DNA of 64,000 bases from Eledone cirrhosa. Lineage: Eukaryota. The notes beneath the pieces are model-generated. The model was not told the origin of the DNA and did not search any database. It worked only from the letters and a program-made list of their open reading frames with translations. The stretch lies in NCBI GenBank assembly GCA_964016885.1, contig OZ024742.1:87668001-87732000 (forward strand), read 5' to 3'. Positions 1-12,969 of the stretch are shown here, piece after piece (position 1 is the stretch's first letter; every line of letters starts with the position of its first letter). Made by a program: the position numbers and the translations under genes.

Positions 1-30
1 TATATCAAATATATAAGAAACGTAGAGCAA

Positions 31-815
31 ATATTTATTAAAATAACAGATTAAAGTTTAAACAAAGAATCGCAGCTTTCACCCTTAACGGGATCTTCTG
101 AAACTAACAAAGTCAATCTGTAAACTGAGAACTGGATATTTCAAAAAACGTTGCAACCGGACGAAGACACGAAGACGATACTTTGGTTCGTGGAAATGTT
201 CGCTGGCAAAGAACGGGAAAAAACGAATATAATACGTCACTATTAGGAGCGGTGAAAAACAATTACGCGCAAAGACAGAACCACGTGTATGGTATAAAAG
301 AGGTCATAGACTAATGTTCTCTTACTTGGTGCATAGAGACGTTCTCTGGCAATGAACGAAAAAAAAATAAAACGAAGATAATACGTCATATGTGGACCGT
401 GGAGAACAATAGCACGCAAAGATAAAACCACGTAAATGGTATAGCAGAAGTCGTAGACTAAAATTCTAACTAGGAGACCGAATGAATCTCCGCGACAGAG
501 GTAAGAACGCCTATGCACCACCTGCGAGAACATTAGTCTTCGACCTCTTTTATACCATAAACGTGGTTCTGTCTTTGCGCGTAATTGTTTTTCACCGCTC
601 CTATTAATGACGTATTATATTCGTTTTTTCCCGTTCTTTGCCAGCGAACGTCACCATGAACCAAAGTATCGTCTTCCTGTCTTCCTCCGGTTGCAACGTT
701 TTTTTGAAATATCCAGTTCTGCGTTTACAGATTGACTTTGTTAGTTTCAGAAGATCCCATTAAGGGTGAAAGCAGCGATTCTTTGCTTAAACTTTAATCT
801 TTTATTTTAATAAAT
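31..815. mobile_element. Fold-back element (family F), ~290-bp inverted arms (31-321 / 526-815), probably PLE-derived
   Basis: 526-815 is the reverse complement of 31-321 with a few substitutions and ends in (TA)n. Degenerate HHR-like core CAGAAGA-TCCC..GGGT-GAAA near 748-771. A homologous segment recurs at ~32008-32212. Confidence 0.65.
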
Positions 816-832
816 ATATATATATATATATA

Positions 833-1031
833 TAACAAAGGAATTGTGGTAAGGAACCAGATGGACGATAACGCACCAGATTACTCAATACTTAGTGTAG
901 TAGAGTTGGGAATAGGAGAAAGTATGACCCCGACGGCAGAGATCAAGCCGTTTTGACGGCTATTTTTGAACTCTTTCAGTCCAGAAATAGCTGTCGAATC
1001 GGGTTGAGGTCTGCCGTCGGGGTAATACCTG

Positions 1032-1035
<4 letters not shown>
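833..1035 (-). mobile_element. Family A short PLE-type terminal element, diverged copy with inversion
   Basis: Matches copies at 25309, 35043, 46294 and 49871. Internal inverted repeat ~921-1035. Flanked by (TA)n. Confidence 0.8.
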
Positions 1036-1080
<45 letters not shown>

Positions 1081-1368
1081 AGATATATATATTGAGATAT
1101 ATGTTTATCCCAGGTTCAATTGGTGGTAAGGTACTCAATAAAAAGCAGAGTATAAATATTTAATATAGAAATGGCTTATATATATAGGTGTATGCATATT
1201 TATATCATATAGTCAAAAATATATAAGCATACATGGAAGCGTGTATGTTTATATATGTTGTCGTTTGATACGTATAACGCATATAGACAAAACAAACATG
1301 CATGTTTATGTCGGATCAGCCGCCAAACAACAAAATACACAACAAAATACCCAGCCCCCCCCCCGCCC

Positions 1369-1430
<62 letters not shown>

Positions 1431-1445
1431 GTGTGTGTATATATA

Positions 1446-1491
<46 letters not shown>

Positions 1492-1620
1492 CATATATAT
1501 ATGGGTCGGGGGGGGGGTTGTGTATGTTGTTGTATAAGTGGCTGATCCGACACAAACATGCATGTATATATATACATGTATATGCGGTGAGGATGGGTCG
1601 GATGTATGAGATTGTTTACG

Positions 1621-1663
<43 letters not shown>

Positions 1664-2102
1664 CGAAAATCAAAGTTAACTATTAACAGAATGCCAGATA
1701 ATGTTTGACGTAGGCCTTGCACGTAATTCCTGAATTAATGTCAATGTAAAATATACAACTTCAATAAACACAAAAAACGTATTTTAAAGAAACACATATT
1801 CTCTTTCTCTCTTATATTCCTTAATGTTGGGTGGGAAAAATATTATTTATCTTAATAAAAATAATCGACGGCTGTATGCAGAATTTTGTCTGCCATATCA
1901 ATGAAAGAACTAACAGAAATTTAAATAAATAAAAATGAAGGGGCAACTCATTTCCAACATCAGCGATAATTTTCTAGCACTCGTATAGAGAACTAGCTGC
2001 ATTTAATATTCTGTTATGAAAAGAAATATTTGTAAGCAGAAAATCTATTGAAAGATATGTTGGTTCTAATAATATTTTGTTATGTCATTATTTCATACCA
2101 TT

Positions 2103-2488
<386 letters not shown>

Positions 2489-2699
2489 TGTTTGCTGTTC
2501 AGGGACCAGCGTTCACTACACTCATTCCACTCAATTTCGAGACTCATTCCGGGCTGAGACTAGAACAGTGAACAAGAAAGTGACGGGGCTCTCGGTCAAT
2601 CCTATACTTTCACTAATATACATATATATATCGAGCCCTCTTTGGATTTTAGTCTTCAAATTTATTATTATTACTATATATATATATATATATATATGA

Positions 2700-3200
2700 T
2701 ATCGAAAATACAACTGGTGTATTTTTGAGAATATTTATTAGTTTCGTTTACCGGTTTCAGTCCTTATGCATTTCAAAAGTAGAATAGAGATGGAAGGTTT
2801 GTGGTTTTTTTCGCATATGGTTGGTGTTCGAATGTTACTTCTGTTTTATGGTGAAAAAAGTGGCTCAAAATGCTAGATTATTAGAAAAGTAATTTGGTTG
2901 GTTGATGACTGTCACGTGAATAAATATAATAAATTTAGCGCCAGTTCGCGTTGCAAATTTCTTATTGTATTTGTCTTTAAGAAAAAGTGGTCTCAGATTT
3001 TTTTTTCATATATGAGGTAAATTTGGTTGGTTGATTCATTCACGTGGATAAGCACATCGAGTTTCGCAACAGTTCGTGTTTGAGGGTTCTTTGTTGCAAT
3101 TTTCACGTAAAAAAGTGGCTCCAAAATGTTTTTTTATAAATGTAATTTGATTGGTTATGACTGTCACCTGAATAAGTACATTCAATTTCGCGCCATTTCG
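2700..3200 (-). mobile_element. Diverged family G PLE-type element with ~128-bp internal subrepeats
   Basis: 2700-2812 is similar to 50763-50887 (ttaccggtttc...gagatgga.ggt.tgtggttttt). The motif aaaaagtgg...atttggttggttgat recurs near 2855, 2982 and 3111. Confidence 0.5.
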
Positions 3201-3662
3201 TATATGGGGGTTCTTTGTAGCCGCTTTCACAGTCGCATGATTTGTTATAAAGTGTTGTGTGCCAAAGAAAATATAATAGTCAAGAAATAGGGATGCGGAG
3301 AATTGTTCGGTTTCAGTGAGTATTGCTGATGTGCTGAGGTGTCAAAATTCAGACTTTCTATCGAAATAAAGAAAATAGAAATATATATATAACATGTCTA
3401 TAGAATCACCAGATAAAATATATACTGTTTCCTCTCCCAATTAGCATAATTAACGACATAAAACATCAATTAGATCAAGCTATAAGAATAAAGGCTCCTA
3501 TGAAGAAATCTCCGATAAATAACCGAAAGCAGCCCCTTCGCGGCGGCTTCGACGGTTCATTTATCGAATATTTCTACAGCATGTATAAATCGACCGGATA
3601 TACAGTCAACTAAACAGAATTAGGTGTAAAATAAAGTAGAAGAAAAGTGTACATGTTTAAAT

Positions 3663-3742
3663 TACCTCTACCATGGTTTCATCCGCATTTTAAGAAATCC
3701 GATAACATTGCATATCTAGAGCTTCGGATTCATCAGGAAGTT
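3663..3742 (-). ncRNA. Type I hammerhead ribozyme
   Basis: Minus strand: ACTTC-CTGATGA-ATCCG...CGGAT-GAAA-C(CATG)G-TA-GAGGT. Helices I-III pair, loop 3 is palindromic, cleavage triplet GUA. Confidence 0.8.
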
Positions 3743-4319
3743 AGCTCAAATATAGACAATTAATTTTCCAAAGAGATCGCGCCAAGAATACATTAAAAAA
3801 TGGCTAAGAATCGTGACGTGGCAGCAGTCAAGTTAGAAATGATGTGATTAGTTGCTTACGGCTGGTAGGCTTTTTGCTAGAAAGCGCAACCCCATACAGC
3901 CACAATTGTATCTCAACCTAACGGGAGATTATTACATATAAAGTTTACATATACATAAAGTCATAAATATATATGTGTTTTGCAACGGGTCACTTTGTGG
4001 TTCAAAGAAGAATTAATAAATTAAATAATCAGAGCTATATATCATAAAACATGTCTATAGAATCACCAGATAAAATATATGCCGTTTCCTCTCCCAATTA
4101 GCATAATTAACCACATAAAAAATAAATTAGACCAAGCTATAAGAATAAAGGCTCCTATGAAGAAATCTCCGACAAATAACCGAAAGCAGCCCCTTCGCGG
4201 CGGCTACGACGGATCATTTATCGAATATTTCTACAGCATGTATAAATCGACCAGATATACAGTCAACTAAACAGAATTAGGTGTGAAATAAACTAGAAGA
4301 AAAGTGTACATATTTAATT

Positions 4320-4397
4320 ACCTCTACCATGGTTTCATCCGCATTTTAAGACATCCGATAACATTGCATATCTACAGCTTCGGATTCTTCAGGAAGT
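4320..4397 (-). ncRNA. Type I hammerhead ribozyme (second copy)
   Basis: Same fold with core CTGAAGA; within the core only the variable N7 differs. Confidence 0.8.
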
Positions 4398-5351
4398 TAG
4401 CTCAAATTTATATATATATATTTATATATCGATGTATGTGTGTGTGTGAGAACTTGTGCGTGATACTTTGGATGCGTTGATGTTAGCATATGCTAAGAAT
4501 TAAGATTTATACATTTGATACGCTTCTTGTAGTTAGTAACATAATTATAATTCCCGATTCTAAAATATTCATAACTGAAAATTAAAATAATTTGTTTACT
4601 GGTCAGTGTATATAATGAAAAATCCTTAAATTTGTGAGGGAATGTTTAAACGCATTTGTACACATTTTGATTTCATATGTCTTGAGATTTGTAACATATT
4701 TACAAAACGGTTTGAAACATTAGGGTGGTCTGTAAGTTTAGTGTATATAATTGTATGTTATTCGATGGATAAGAATAACGCACAATGGTATACAGTGAAT
4801 TTAACAAAGACGTTGCCGTAATATTTTCTTTTATATATATACCCCAATATGTCGGGAAACAAATGCCTTGTCAGAAGAGTAACACGAAGAACTGCTTCGA
4901 AGGAAGCAACATAAACGTTTCTTTTGTTGTTATCATCGCGCATTCTTGCTTTCATTATTTTCGATTGTTGCTCTATATATAGCTGCAGGAATTAATCGTA
5001 GAAAGACGTCGTATATGGATTGAGATGTATATAACGTTGTGTGTGCGTGTCTGTCAAATATTTTGTTATATTTTATGTTTCAATGTGGTGGGCTTTCATT
5101 GTGAAACTTGCGTCAATATGGAATCATTTGGATAAGGTAACTAATCTCGATAGAATACTGTGTTTGAGCGGTTACTTATGATCTGTTCTGCGCGTGTTGT
5201 ACTGTTCGATTCTAGTATAAGAGCTCAGGTAGTAGTGTGTGATGTAGTAGTCCACTTCGCAACCACATACACACATGCATACCTCTATGTGTAAGAACAT
5301 GCACAAAACAACATATATCCATATATATATATATATATATGAATGTATATC

Positions 5352-5383
<32 letters not shown>

Positions 5384-5387
5384 CTTT

Positions 5388-6151
5388 TCAAACATTTGCC
5401 GACGACATAGTTTTGGTGACAAATACAGTGAAGGAGGCAGAGGATTTGATGCGGGAGGTTGAGACTGTGTCGATGAGTGTGGGGCTTAGAATGAATGAGA
5501 CTAAAACAAAATATCTGGTAGTGAATGTTGAGAAGTCAGAGGGGATCACCAATGTAGGCGGGAAGCCGCTGGAATTAGTTGGGGGCTTCCTGTATTCGGG
5601 AGCAAAGATTGGGAATACGGAAGATGATGTGGTTGAGAGGAACAGCAAGGCCTGGGCGGCGTGCCACAGCTTGGGATCGGTGTGGGAGTCGGATCTTCGT
5701 AGAGACCTGAAGGTTCGCCTCTTCATTGTTGTAGTTGAGTCTGTGCTGATGTATGGGTCTGAGACTTGGTCACTGACCAAGAAACTCACTCAGATGGTGG
5801 ATGGGTGCTACACGAGAATGCTGAGGATGGCTCTGAACATTAATCAGTATACACTGAGGATGAAAATCTCAGAGCTGTATGGGAGCATCCCAAAAGTCAG
5901 CTCAAAGGTGACACAGAGGAGACTGAGGTTAGCTGGACATGCTCACCGACATCCAGAGTTGACATTGCACTCAGTGCTCCTTTGGGAGTTCCTACATTGA
6001 CACACTAGAAGAGGAAGACCAATGTTAACGTATGTTGATGCCCTAAGGACAAACACTGGTCTGTGGGAGAGGCAGGACATGGCAGCGATAATGAGGGACA
6101 GAAACCGCTTGAGAGAACTCGTCCATGGATCTCGGGAATTTTACCCGCCTT

Positions 6152-6153
<2 letters not shown>
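5388..6153 (+). mobile_element. 5'-truncated RTE/RTE-X-like LINE (RT C-terminal part)
   Basis: FADDIVL, GLRMNETKTKY, ESVLMYGSETW, RRLRLAGHAHRH..LLWE..RGRP..TYVD motifs; one internal stop; ends directly in (TA)n. Confidence 0.85.
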
Positions 6154-6215
<62 letters not shown>

Positions 6216-7147
6216 GAGGAGAGAGAGAGTGTGTGTATGTGAGAGAGAGTATGTGTTCGTGTGTGCGTGTGTGTGAGAGTGTGTGTGTTTTATAGATACC
6301 CTACCCATGACACGAAGCTTAACATTACCATCCAGTCTTCGATGGTCGATAATTAAATCTACCAGTGAAGTACTGGCATCGATGTAATCGACTAACTTCC
6401 TTCCCAGTATTTGCATTATCAAAATGTTCGAAAGAATTATTATTAGTAGTAGTACATTTGTTATTATTGTTGTTGTTGTTGTGGTATTTCGTTTAGCTCA
6501 GTTCTGTCAGGTTAATGCATTGACTCAGGCAAATACATATTTTCATTGTCGAGGGCGAACACGGTTGAGAATGTGTGCTGTTACTACTAGCCCAAACTTC
6601 TGTAGCTCATATTTGCAGGGATGGACGCTAAGGTCCAGGTCTGATAATTTAGGATAGTGTTTGATTGCTATCTTCAGCATGTGGTTGGTTGCTATTTGTA
6701 GTTCTTTGTATTTTGACAGTTTTCAATGGTTTTTAAAGATATATTCAGCTGATACTGGAAATATCTAAGGATATATGTCCGATCTGTTTTGTTTTATTTG
6801 ATGATCTCGTTTGACAGCAATTCTTTGGTCGGTTATCAAATGCATATCCCACAAGGCGGATATGTTTCCTTTTCCATCACAGTCTTTGATAGAAGTTTAT
6901 GCAATTTGTCAGAAAATGAAAATAATTTGTTTACTGGTCAGTGTATATAATGAGAAATCCTTAAATTTGTGAGGGAATGTTTAAACGCATTTGTACACAT
7001 TTTGGTTTCATGTCTTGAGATTTGTAACATATTTACAAAACGGTTTGAAACATTAAGGTGGTCTGCAAGTTTAGTGTATATAAGTGTATGTTATTCGATG
7101 GATAAGAATAACGCACAATTGTATGCAGTGAATTTAACAAAGTCGTT

Positions 7148-7432
7148 TGTTGTATTCCTCTGGGTACTCGCAGAGAAAACGCAACGAGTTATATCAAATA
7201 ATTTGTGTATTGTACGTAACAACCAAAACGCCCCTCCTCATAGTAGCAGAATAACATAAAGTAAGTAAGAGCCAGCAGCAGTCAGTGACCGAGTTTTGAA
7301 TACCAACGCTGACTGACTGCCCAGGTCACGTGATTGATATGCAAGTGTGTGAGCACGTGTAAATTGAATAAAACGAATTTAACAGTCCATACAACAATGA
7401 GGTTGTGAGTTCGATTCTCAGTCGATACAAAA
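7148..7432 (-). repeat. 3' LTR of the Gypsy element
   Basis: Direct repeat of 11850-12131; polypurine tract (cggtggggagg on -) adjacent at 7433-7443. Confidence 0.9.
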
Positions 7433-7709
7433 CCTCCCCACCGAAATTGATGCGACAAAAGAAGCATCAACAGCAAAGTCTCTCTGGGGGTTTACGAGTT
7501 CTCTTGGACCGTCTTCAATTGTCTGGTCCATACTCTGGAACGGGCAATAAGGTCTTGGGTCTGGTCTGTCTTGGAGTTAGTGGCACGATTTCCGAAATCT
7601 CCATCGGGTGATCTGTTGCAAAAACAGTGTCTACTGCATCAAAAACAGTGTCTACTGCATCACCAGGTTCATTGTCTTCCTCAGTAGTGTATCGCGGTTG
7701 CAGCTGTTC

Positions 7710-9110
7710 CTAGTGTCGTCTCCACACCGGGCCATGAGGTATGACCTTAACGTTGAAGCAGCGAGTACCCAATGACTTCTTAATGATTGCTGGAACCCTT
7801 CGGGGATATTTGTCTCGGCGAGGTCCGTAGTACAGTGCATACACAGGATCTCCAGCCTTGTACTGCCTGGTAACCTTAGCGACACCTGCCGAGTCCGGAG
7901 TCATCTGAGACTTATATGCTTCCTTAGATTGCTTGCCTTGAGCGATGTGTGCTGGCGAGGGCAGCAGAGAATCAATCCTTGTCCGTATCTGCTGGTGTTT
8001 CCAAAGTTCACTCGGATAGAATCCACTGGATGTCGGTGTTCTCCGGTACTGCATCAAGAACTCTTGAAGTGCTCGCTTCGGCGGAAGAGAGTGCTTCTTC
8101 AGAGCTTGTTTGAAGGTCTGCACCAAACGTTCCGCTGCTCCGTTGGTAGCTGGGTGGTAAGGTGCCCCTGTCAGGTGCGTGATCCCACGTTCTTTGCACC
8201 AGCTCTGGAACTCATTAGAAATAAAAGTTGGTGCGTTATCGGTGACTAGCGTGTGAGGAAATCCAAAGTGCGCAAAGTCTTCTTCAAGCAGATCTAAAGT
8301 GGCTCTGGAGGACGTGGATGACGTAGGATGAATACGTGGATACTTGGAATAAGCAACACTGATCACCAACCAATTAATGCCCATGAAATTTATTGCGTGG
8401 TCCGGGTGTAAGCGGCTCCACGGCTTTTCAGGTAACATCCATGGGTGAACTGGAGACTTGGATGGCTGGTTTTGATGTTCACCACACGAATCACATTGTC
8501 GACTGGTTTTCTCTATAGCAGCATCGATACCAGGCCAATAAACAGCAGTTCTTGCCAATTGTTTCATGCGCTCCATGCCAAAGTGTCCGAGATGCAGAAG
8601 TTTGAGGATCTTTGGCTGTAAGCTATGTGGAATCACAAGTCTCGATCCATGGATAAGGCATCCGTGGCAGATACTGAGTGAATCCGATAACTTCCGGAAC
8701 TTATTGACTTCTTCATTGATCTCAGTATTCTTTGGTGACCAGCCTTCACGGACGTAGCGTATCACTATAGATATCATTGGATCTTTCCCTGACTCTTGAC
8801 GGAGGACGTTAGCATCGATAGGTTGGACTTGAAGACTGAGAGCTTTGATGGCGCACACCATGTCCATGTCTTCACCATTTTCCTTCCTGTCAAAGTCGAT
8901 GTCATTACCAAATGGCAAGCGACTGAAGGCATCTGCATTGCCATGATCCGCTGTTTTCCGATATTCGATGGTGTAGTCAAACTGGTTCAGCCACTGGGCC
9001 CACCGTGCTAGTCGGTTAGCAGCGAGAAGTGGCGTCCCTTTCCTCGGACTGAGCAGTGATGTCAGTGGCTTGTGGTCAGTTACGAGTATAAACTGATAGA
9101 ACTTCTGCAA
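7710..9110 (-). pseudogene. Gypsy RNase H C-terminus + integrase
   Basis: TDHKPL..RLARW, HHCC zinc finger (HLGHFG..CDSC), VTDNA, PYHPATNGAAERLVQ. Confidence 0.92.
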
Positions 9111-9143
9111 GCCAAATATGATGGCCAGGGCTTCGTTTTGAAT

Positions 9144-10289
9144 TTAGCCGTAGTTACGCTGTGCTGAAGTAAGAGTCTTGGATACATTGGATATTGGGCG
9201 CTCGCTTCCATCAGGATAGCGATGCAACAGGACTGCTCCAATACCAACGTTTGACGCGTCGCAAGCCAGTCCCAAAGTTTTGTTTGGATCGAAGTGTATC
9301 AGAACTCGATCCGATGAAAGCACATTTCTCGACTGATCGAAAGTTGTCTGTTCTTCATCTATCCACTTCCAAGGAGTCGTTTTTTTCGTAAGGCAATACA
9401 GTGGCTCTGCCATGCTGGCCAGGTGTGGGATAAAATTTCCATAGAACTGAACTGAACCCAGGAAAGACTTCAAGCTTCAGACGTTCGTTGGAGGTGGCAT
9501 CTTTAAAACTGTTTCGACCTTGTATCCCTTCGCGATCCCTTCAGCCCACAAGGTGTGTCCAAGGTATTCCACACTGGGTAGTGCAAACTGGCACTTGTCA
9601 CGGCGACATCTGAGACCTTTGTCGCACAGACGTGTGAACAGACACTTTAGGTTGTTCAGGTGATCGTTTGCATCTTTCCCACTGACGAGCATGTCATCCT
9701 GGGAGACGGCCACACCAGATAGATCTTGAGTCAGGTTTTCCATGATCTCCTGAAAGTAATCAGGTGCTGACTTGATTCCGAAAGGGAGTCTTTCCTGCAG
9801 GAGCACCCCACGGTGAGTGCTGAGTGCAAGCCTGCGTTGACTTTCTGGAGCCAGCTTGATCTGATTATAGGCATCAGCAAGATCAATCTTTATGTATCCG
9901 AATCCACCTCCGAGGTTCTGCATCAGTTCCTCTGGGAGTGGCATTGGATGACGATGATCTGCAAGTTGGTCATTAATTCCCACAGAGTAGTCACCACAAA
10001 TCCGTAGTTTGGGCTTCAGGTTGCCTGAAGTATGTGCTTTACGAATCGGTACCACTAGCGTTCCGTATTCGTTGAACTGTACTGGCTTCCAGATTCCTTT
10101 GGCGATGCCTTCTTCGTAACCTTTGGCCAGGTCATCACGAAGAGCAAACGGGACCGTGCGTGCCTTGTGAAAGACCGGTGTCGCGTCCGACTTGAACTTC
10201 ACTTCCAGTTCTAAGTCATTAAGACATCCCAATTCTTGCTTGAAGAGATCTGGGAATTCATCACACATGCTGTGACAATCTCGTTGCAT
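9144..10289 (-). pseudogene. Gypsy reverse transcriptase + RNase H N-terminus (interrupted)
   Basis: LRICGDY, KIDLADAYNQI, RLPFGIKSAP, SQDDML (decayed YxDD), LACDAS. Confidence 0.92.
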
Positions 10290-11721
10290 GGAAATATAGG
10301 GCTCATTTGAGGTCTTTGGTGTATCATTTCTGCACCCTCACTCTTGGCCTGGCTGTCTATGCTTTTCAATCCTAGAGCATTGTCCACGGAAATTCCCAGA
10401 GTCTGGATAGCGTTTCGTCCCAGCAAATTAAGGTCAGGGATCTTGGTGACGATGTAGGGTATTGAATTCCGTTTACCGGTCGTTGGATCCTTGGTTTGGC
10501 CCATGAAAGTTCCCAGAACAGGCAGGTCGTGCTTGCTGGCAGATTCAAACCGATGTTTGACATCTTGCAGCTTCGGTTTTCCTAATTGTTTCCAAACTGA
10601 CAAGGAAACAAAATTGCCTGTAGTAGCTGTGTCCAATTCCATTGTGAAAAGTCTGTTCTGGATTGTTATTGGCACATTCAAACTATGAGTATCGTGGGGA
10701 ACTTCACCAAGGATCGCCTTGACTAGCTCAGCTTTCGTGATTCTTTTCACGTAATTCTGTGAGCGATGATTACGTTGCTGATGTTTCTTTCTACACACCG
10801 CTTGCAAATGTCCCTTTTTGTCACAAAAATGACATTTGGCTTCTTTGAAGAGGCAGCCTGTCGCTTTGTGGGCCTTTCCACATCGGTAGCACACCTCCTG
10901 GTCTGTGGAATAAGACTACTGATGGTTTTTTGAGGACCCTTGTTCTTGTTCTGCTGGACCTTGTAGACTTGCTTGGTTTTGGATCTGTAAACAGTTTCCT
11001 TGGCAACATTTGCTGCGTCTTCGGTCCCGATGGCAACTTGGACAGCACGGGCGAAATCTAGTGATGTATCCTTGATCTTGAAAATAGCCTTCAACACAGC
11101 TTCATTATTGACAGAACATATAAATCTCTGTCTTAGAGCTTCATCTTGTGGATTTGTGATCGAAGGAAAATCACAGGTAGTTGCATCCTGACGTATACGT
11201 GCTGCCAGCTCCTGGAGTGTTTCGCCTGGCTTCCGTTGCATGTCACTCCAGAACTTGAAACGTTCTTTCACAATGAAAACTTTTGGGTCGAACTGTTCTT
11301 TCATGAAGGCAACAATTTCGTCTATTGTCAACTTGTTGATATCCTTAGGCGGATTTTGTTGAGCAGCCAGATTTGCAAGTTGTTTGTAGATAGCAGCCGT
11401 CTGATTAGTCAGGAACACTTGTGCCATGCGTTGCTCGGGTACAGCGTTAGCAGCCACAAACGTACAGAATCTTGACCAGTAATCAGGCCATAGTTCTGTT
11501 GTTGAATTAAAAGCAGCAAATGGTGGGATGAATGCTGTTGGTGTCGAAGCAACTGGCGACGCCAATAAACTCTGTTGTTCAGAATCTCGAGCACCAAACA
11601 GTTTTATCAGAGTGTCCATATATTTCTTGTGTTGTTGCATTTGTTGCGACGCCAATGAACTCTGTTGTTCCATCTGTTCTCTAAACAACTTTATTAGCTC
11701 CGCTGTTTGTTGTTTCGCCAT
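10211..11721 (-). pseudogene. Gypsy gag, zinc knuckles and aspartic protease (frameshifted)
   Basis: QRKPGETLQELAARIR, CYRCGKAH..CHFCDKKGHLQAVC, ELDTA..NLLGR. Confidence 0.9.
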
Positions 11722-11746
11722 GTTTTAATGATAAACGATTTCCCGC

Positions 11747-11832
11747 CAATGTAGGTAAATCCTATCGGCAATGTAGGTAAATCCTATCGGCGATGTAGTA
11801 AATCCTATCGGCGATGTAGGTAAATCCTACAG
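11747..11832. repeat. ~22-bp tandem repeat x4 in the Gypsy 5' UTR
   Basis: (caatgtaggtaaatcctatcgg)n between the PBS-like motif and the gag ATG. Confidence 0.85.
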
Positions 11833-11849
11833 GCGACGCCAATAAACTA

Positions 11850-12131
11850 TGTTGTATTCCTCTCGGTACTCGCAGAGAAAACACGAGTTATATCAAATAA
11901 TTTGTGTATTGTTCGAAACAACCAAAATGCCCCTCCTCACATTAGCAGTATAACATGAGGTAAGTAGGTGCCAGCAGCAGTCAGTGACCGAGTTTTTAAT
12001 ACCAACGCTGACTGACTGCCCAGGTCACGGGATTCATATGCAAATGTGTGAGCACGTGTAAATTGAATAAAACGAATTTAACAGTCCATACAACAATGAG
12101 GTTGTGAGTTCGATTCTCAGTCCATACAACA
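11850..12131 (-). repeat. 5' LTR of the Gypsy element
   Basis: TGTTGTA...TACAACA termini; PBS-like TGGCGTCGCC nearby at 11832-11841 (-). Confidence 0.9.
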
Positions 12132-12648
12132 ACGTTGCTGTAATATTTTCTTTTATATCTCCCAATATTTCGGGAAACAAATGCCTTGTCAGAAGAGTAA
12201 CAACAAGAACTGCTTCGAAGGAAGCAACATAAACTTTTCTTTTGTTGTTATCATCACGCATTCTTGCTTTCATTATTTTCGATTGTTGCTCTATATATAG
12301 CTGCAGGAAGTAATGGTAGAAAGACGTCGGATATGGATTGAGATGTATATAATGTTGTGGGTGCGTGTCTCTGTCAAATATTTTGTTATGTTTTATGTTT
12401 CAATGTGGCGGGCTTCATTGTGAAACTTGCGTCAATATGGAATCATTTGGATAAGGTAACTATTCTCGATAGAATACTGTGTTTGAGCGGTTACTTATGG
12501 TCTGTTCTGTGCGTGTTGTACTGTTCAATTCTAGTATAAGAGCTTAGGCATGAGTGTGTGATGTAGTAGTTCACTTCGTAACCACATACATACATGCATA
12601 CCTCTATTTGTAAGAACACGCACAAGGCAACATATATACATATATATG

Positions 12649-12713
<65 letters not shown>

Positions 12714-12969
12714 ATTGGGGAGGAGAGAGAGAGTGTGTGTATGTGAGAGAGAGTGTGGGTCCGTGTGTGAGTGTGTGTGTGTTTTATAAATACCCTACAT
12801 ATGGACACGAAGCTTAACCCTACCATCCAGTCTTCGATGGTCGATAATTAAATCTACCAGTGAAGTACTGGCATCGATGTAATCGACTAACTTCCGTCCC
12901 AGTATTTGCATTATCAAAATGTTCGAACAAATTATTATTAGTAGTAGTACATTTGTTATTATTGTTGTT

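Larger units (their letters stand above)
3391..4407 (-). mobile_element. Retrozyme-like / tandem pLTR element: two ~360-bp direct repeats, each with an HHR
   Basis: 3391-3750 and 4049-4407 are near-identical and separated by ~300 bp of non-coding sequence. Confidence 0.75.
7148..12131 (-). mobile_element. Full-length decayed Ty3/Gypsy LTR retrotransposon (Mag/K02A2.6-like)
   Basis: Two LTRs, gag-PR-RT-RH-IN domain order, PPT, PBS-like motif, 5-bp TSD tcgtt/acgtt. Confidence 0.95.

Noticed and set aside
3516-3563. Long hairpin starting AUGA on the minus strand as a possible SECIS element
   Set aside because: No 3' GA to complete the SECIS quartet and no associated UGA-containing ORF.
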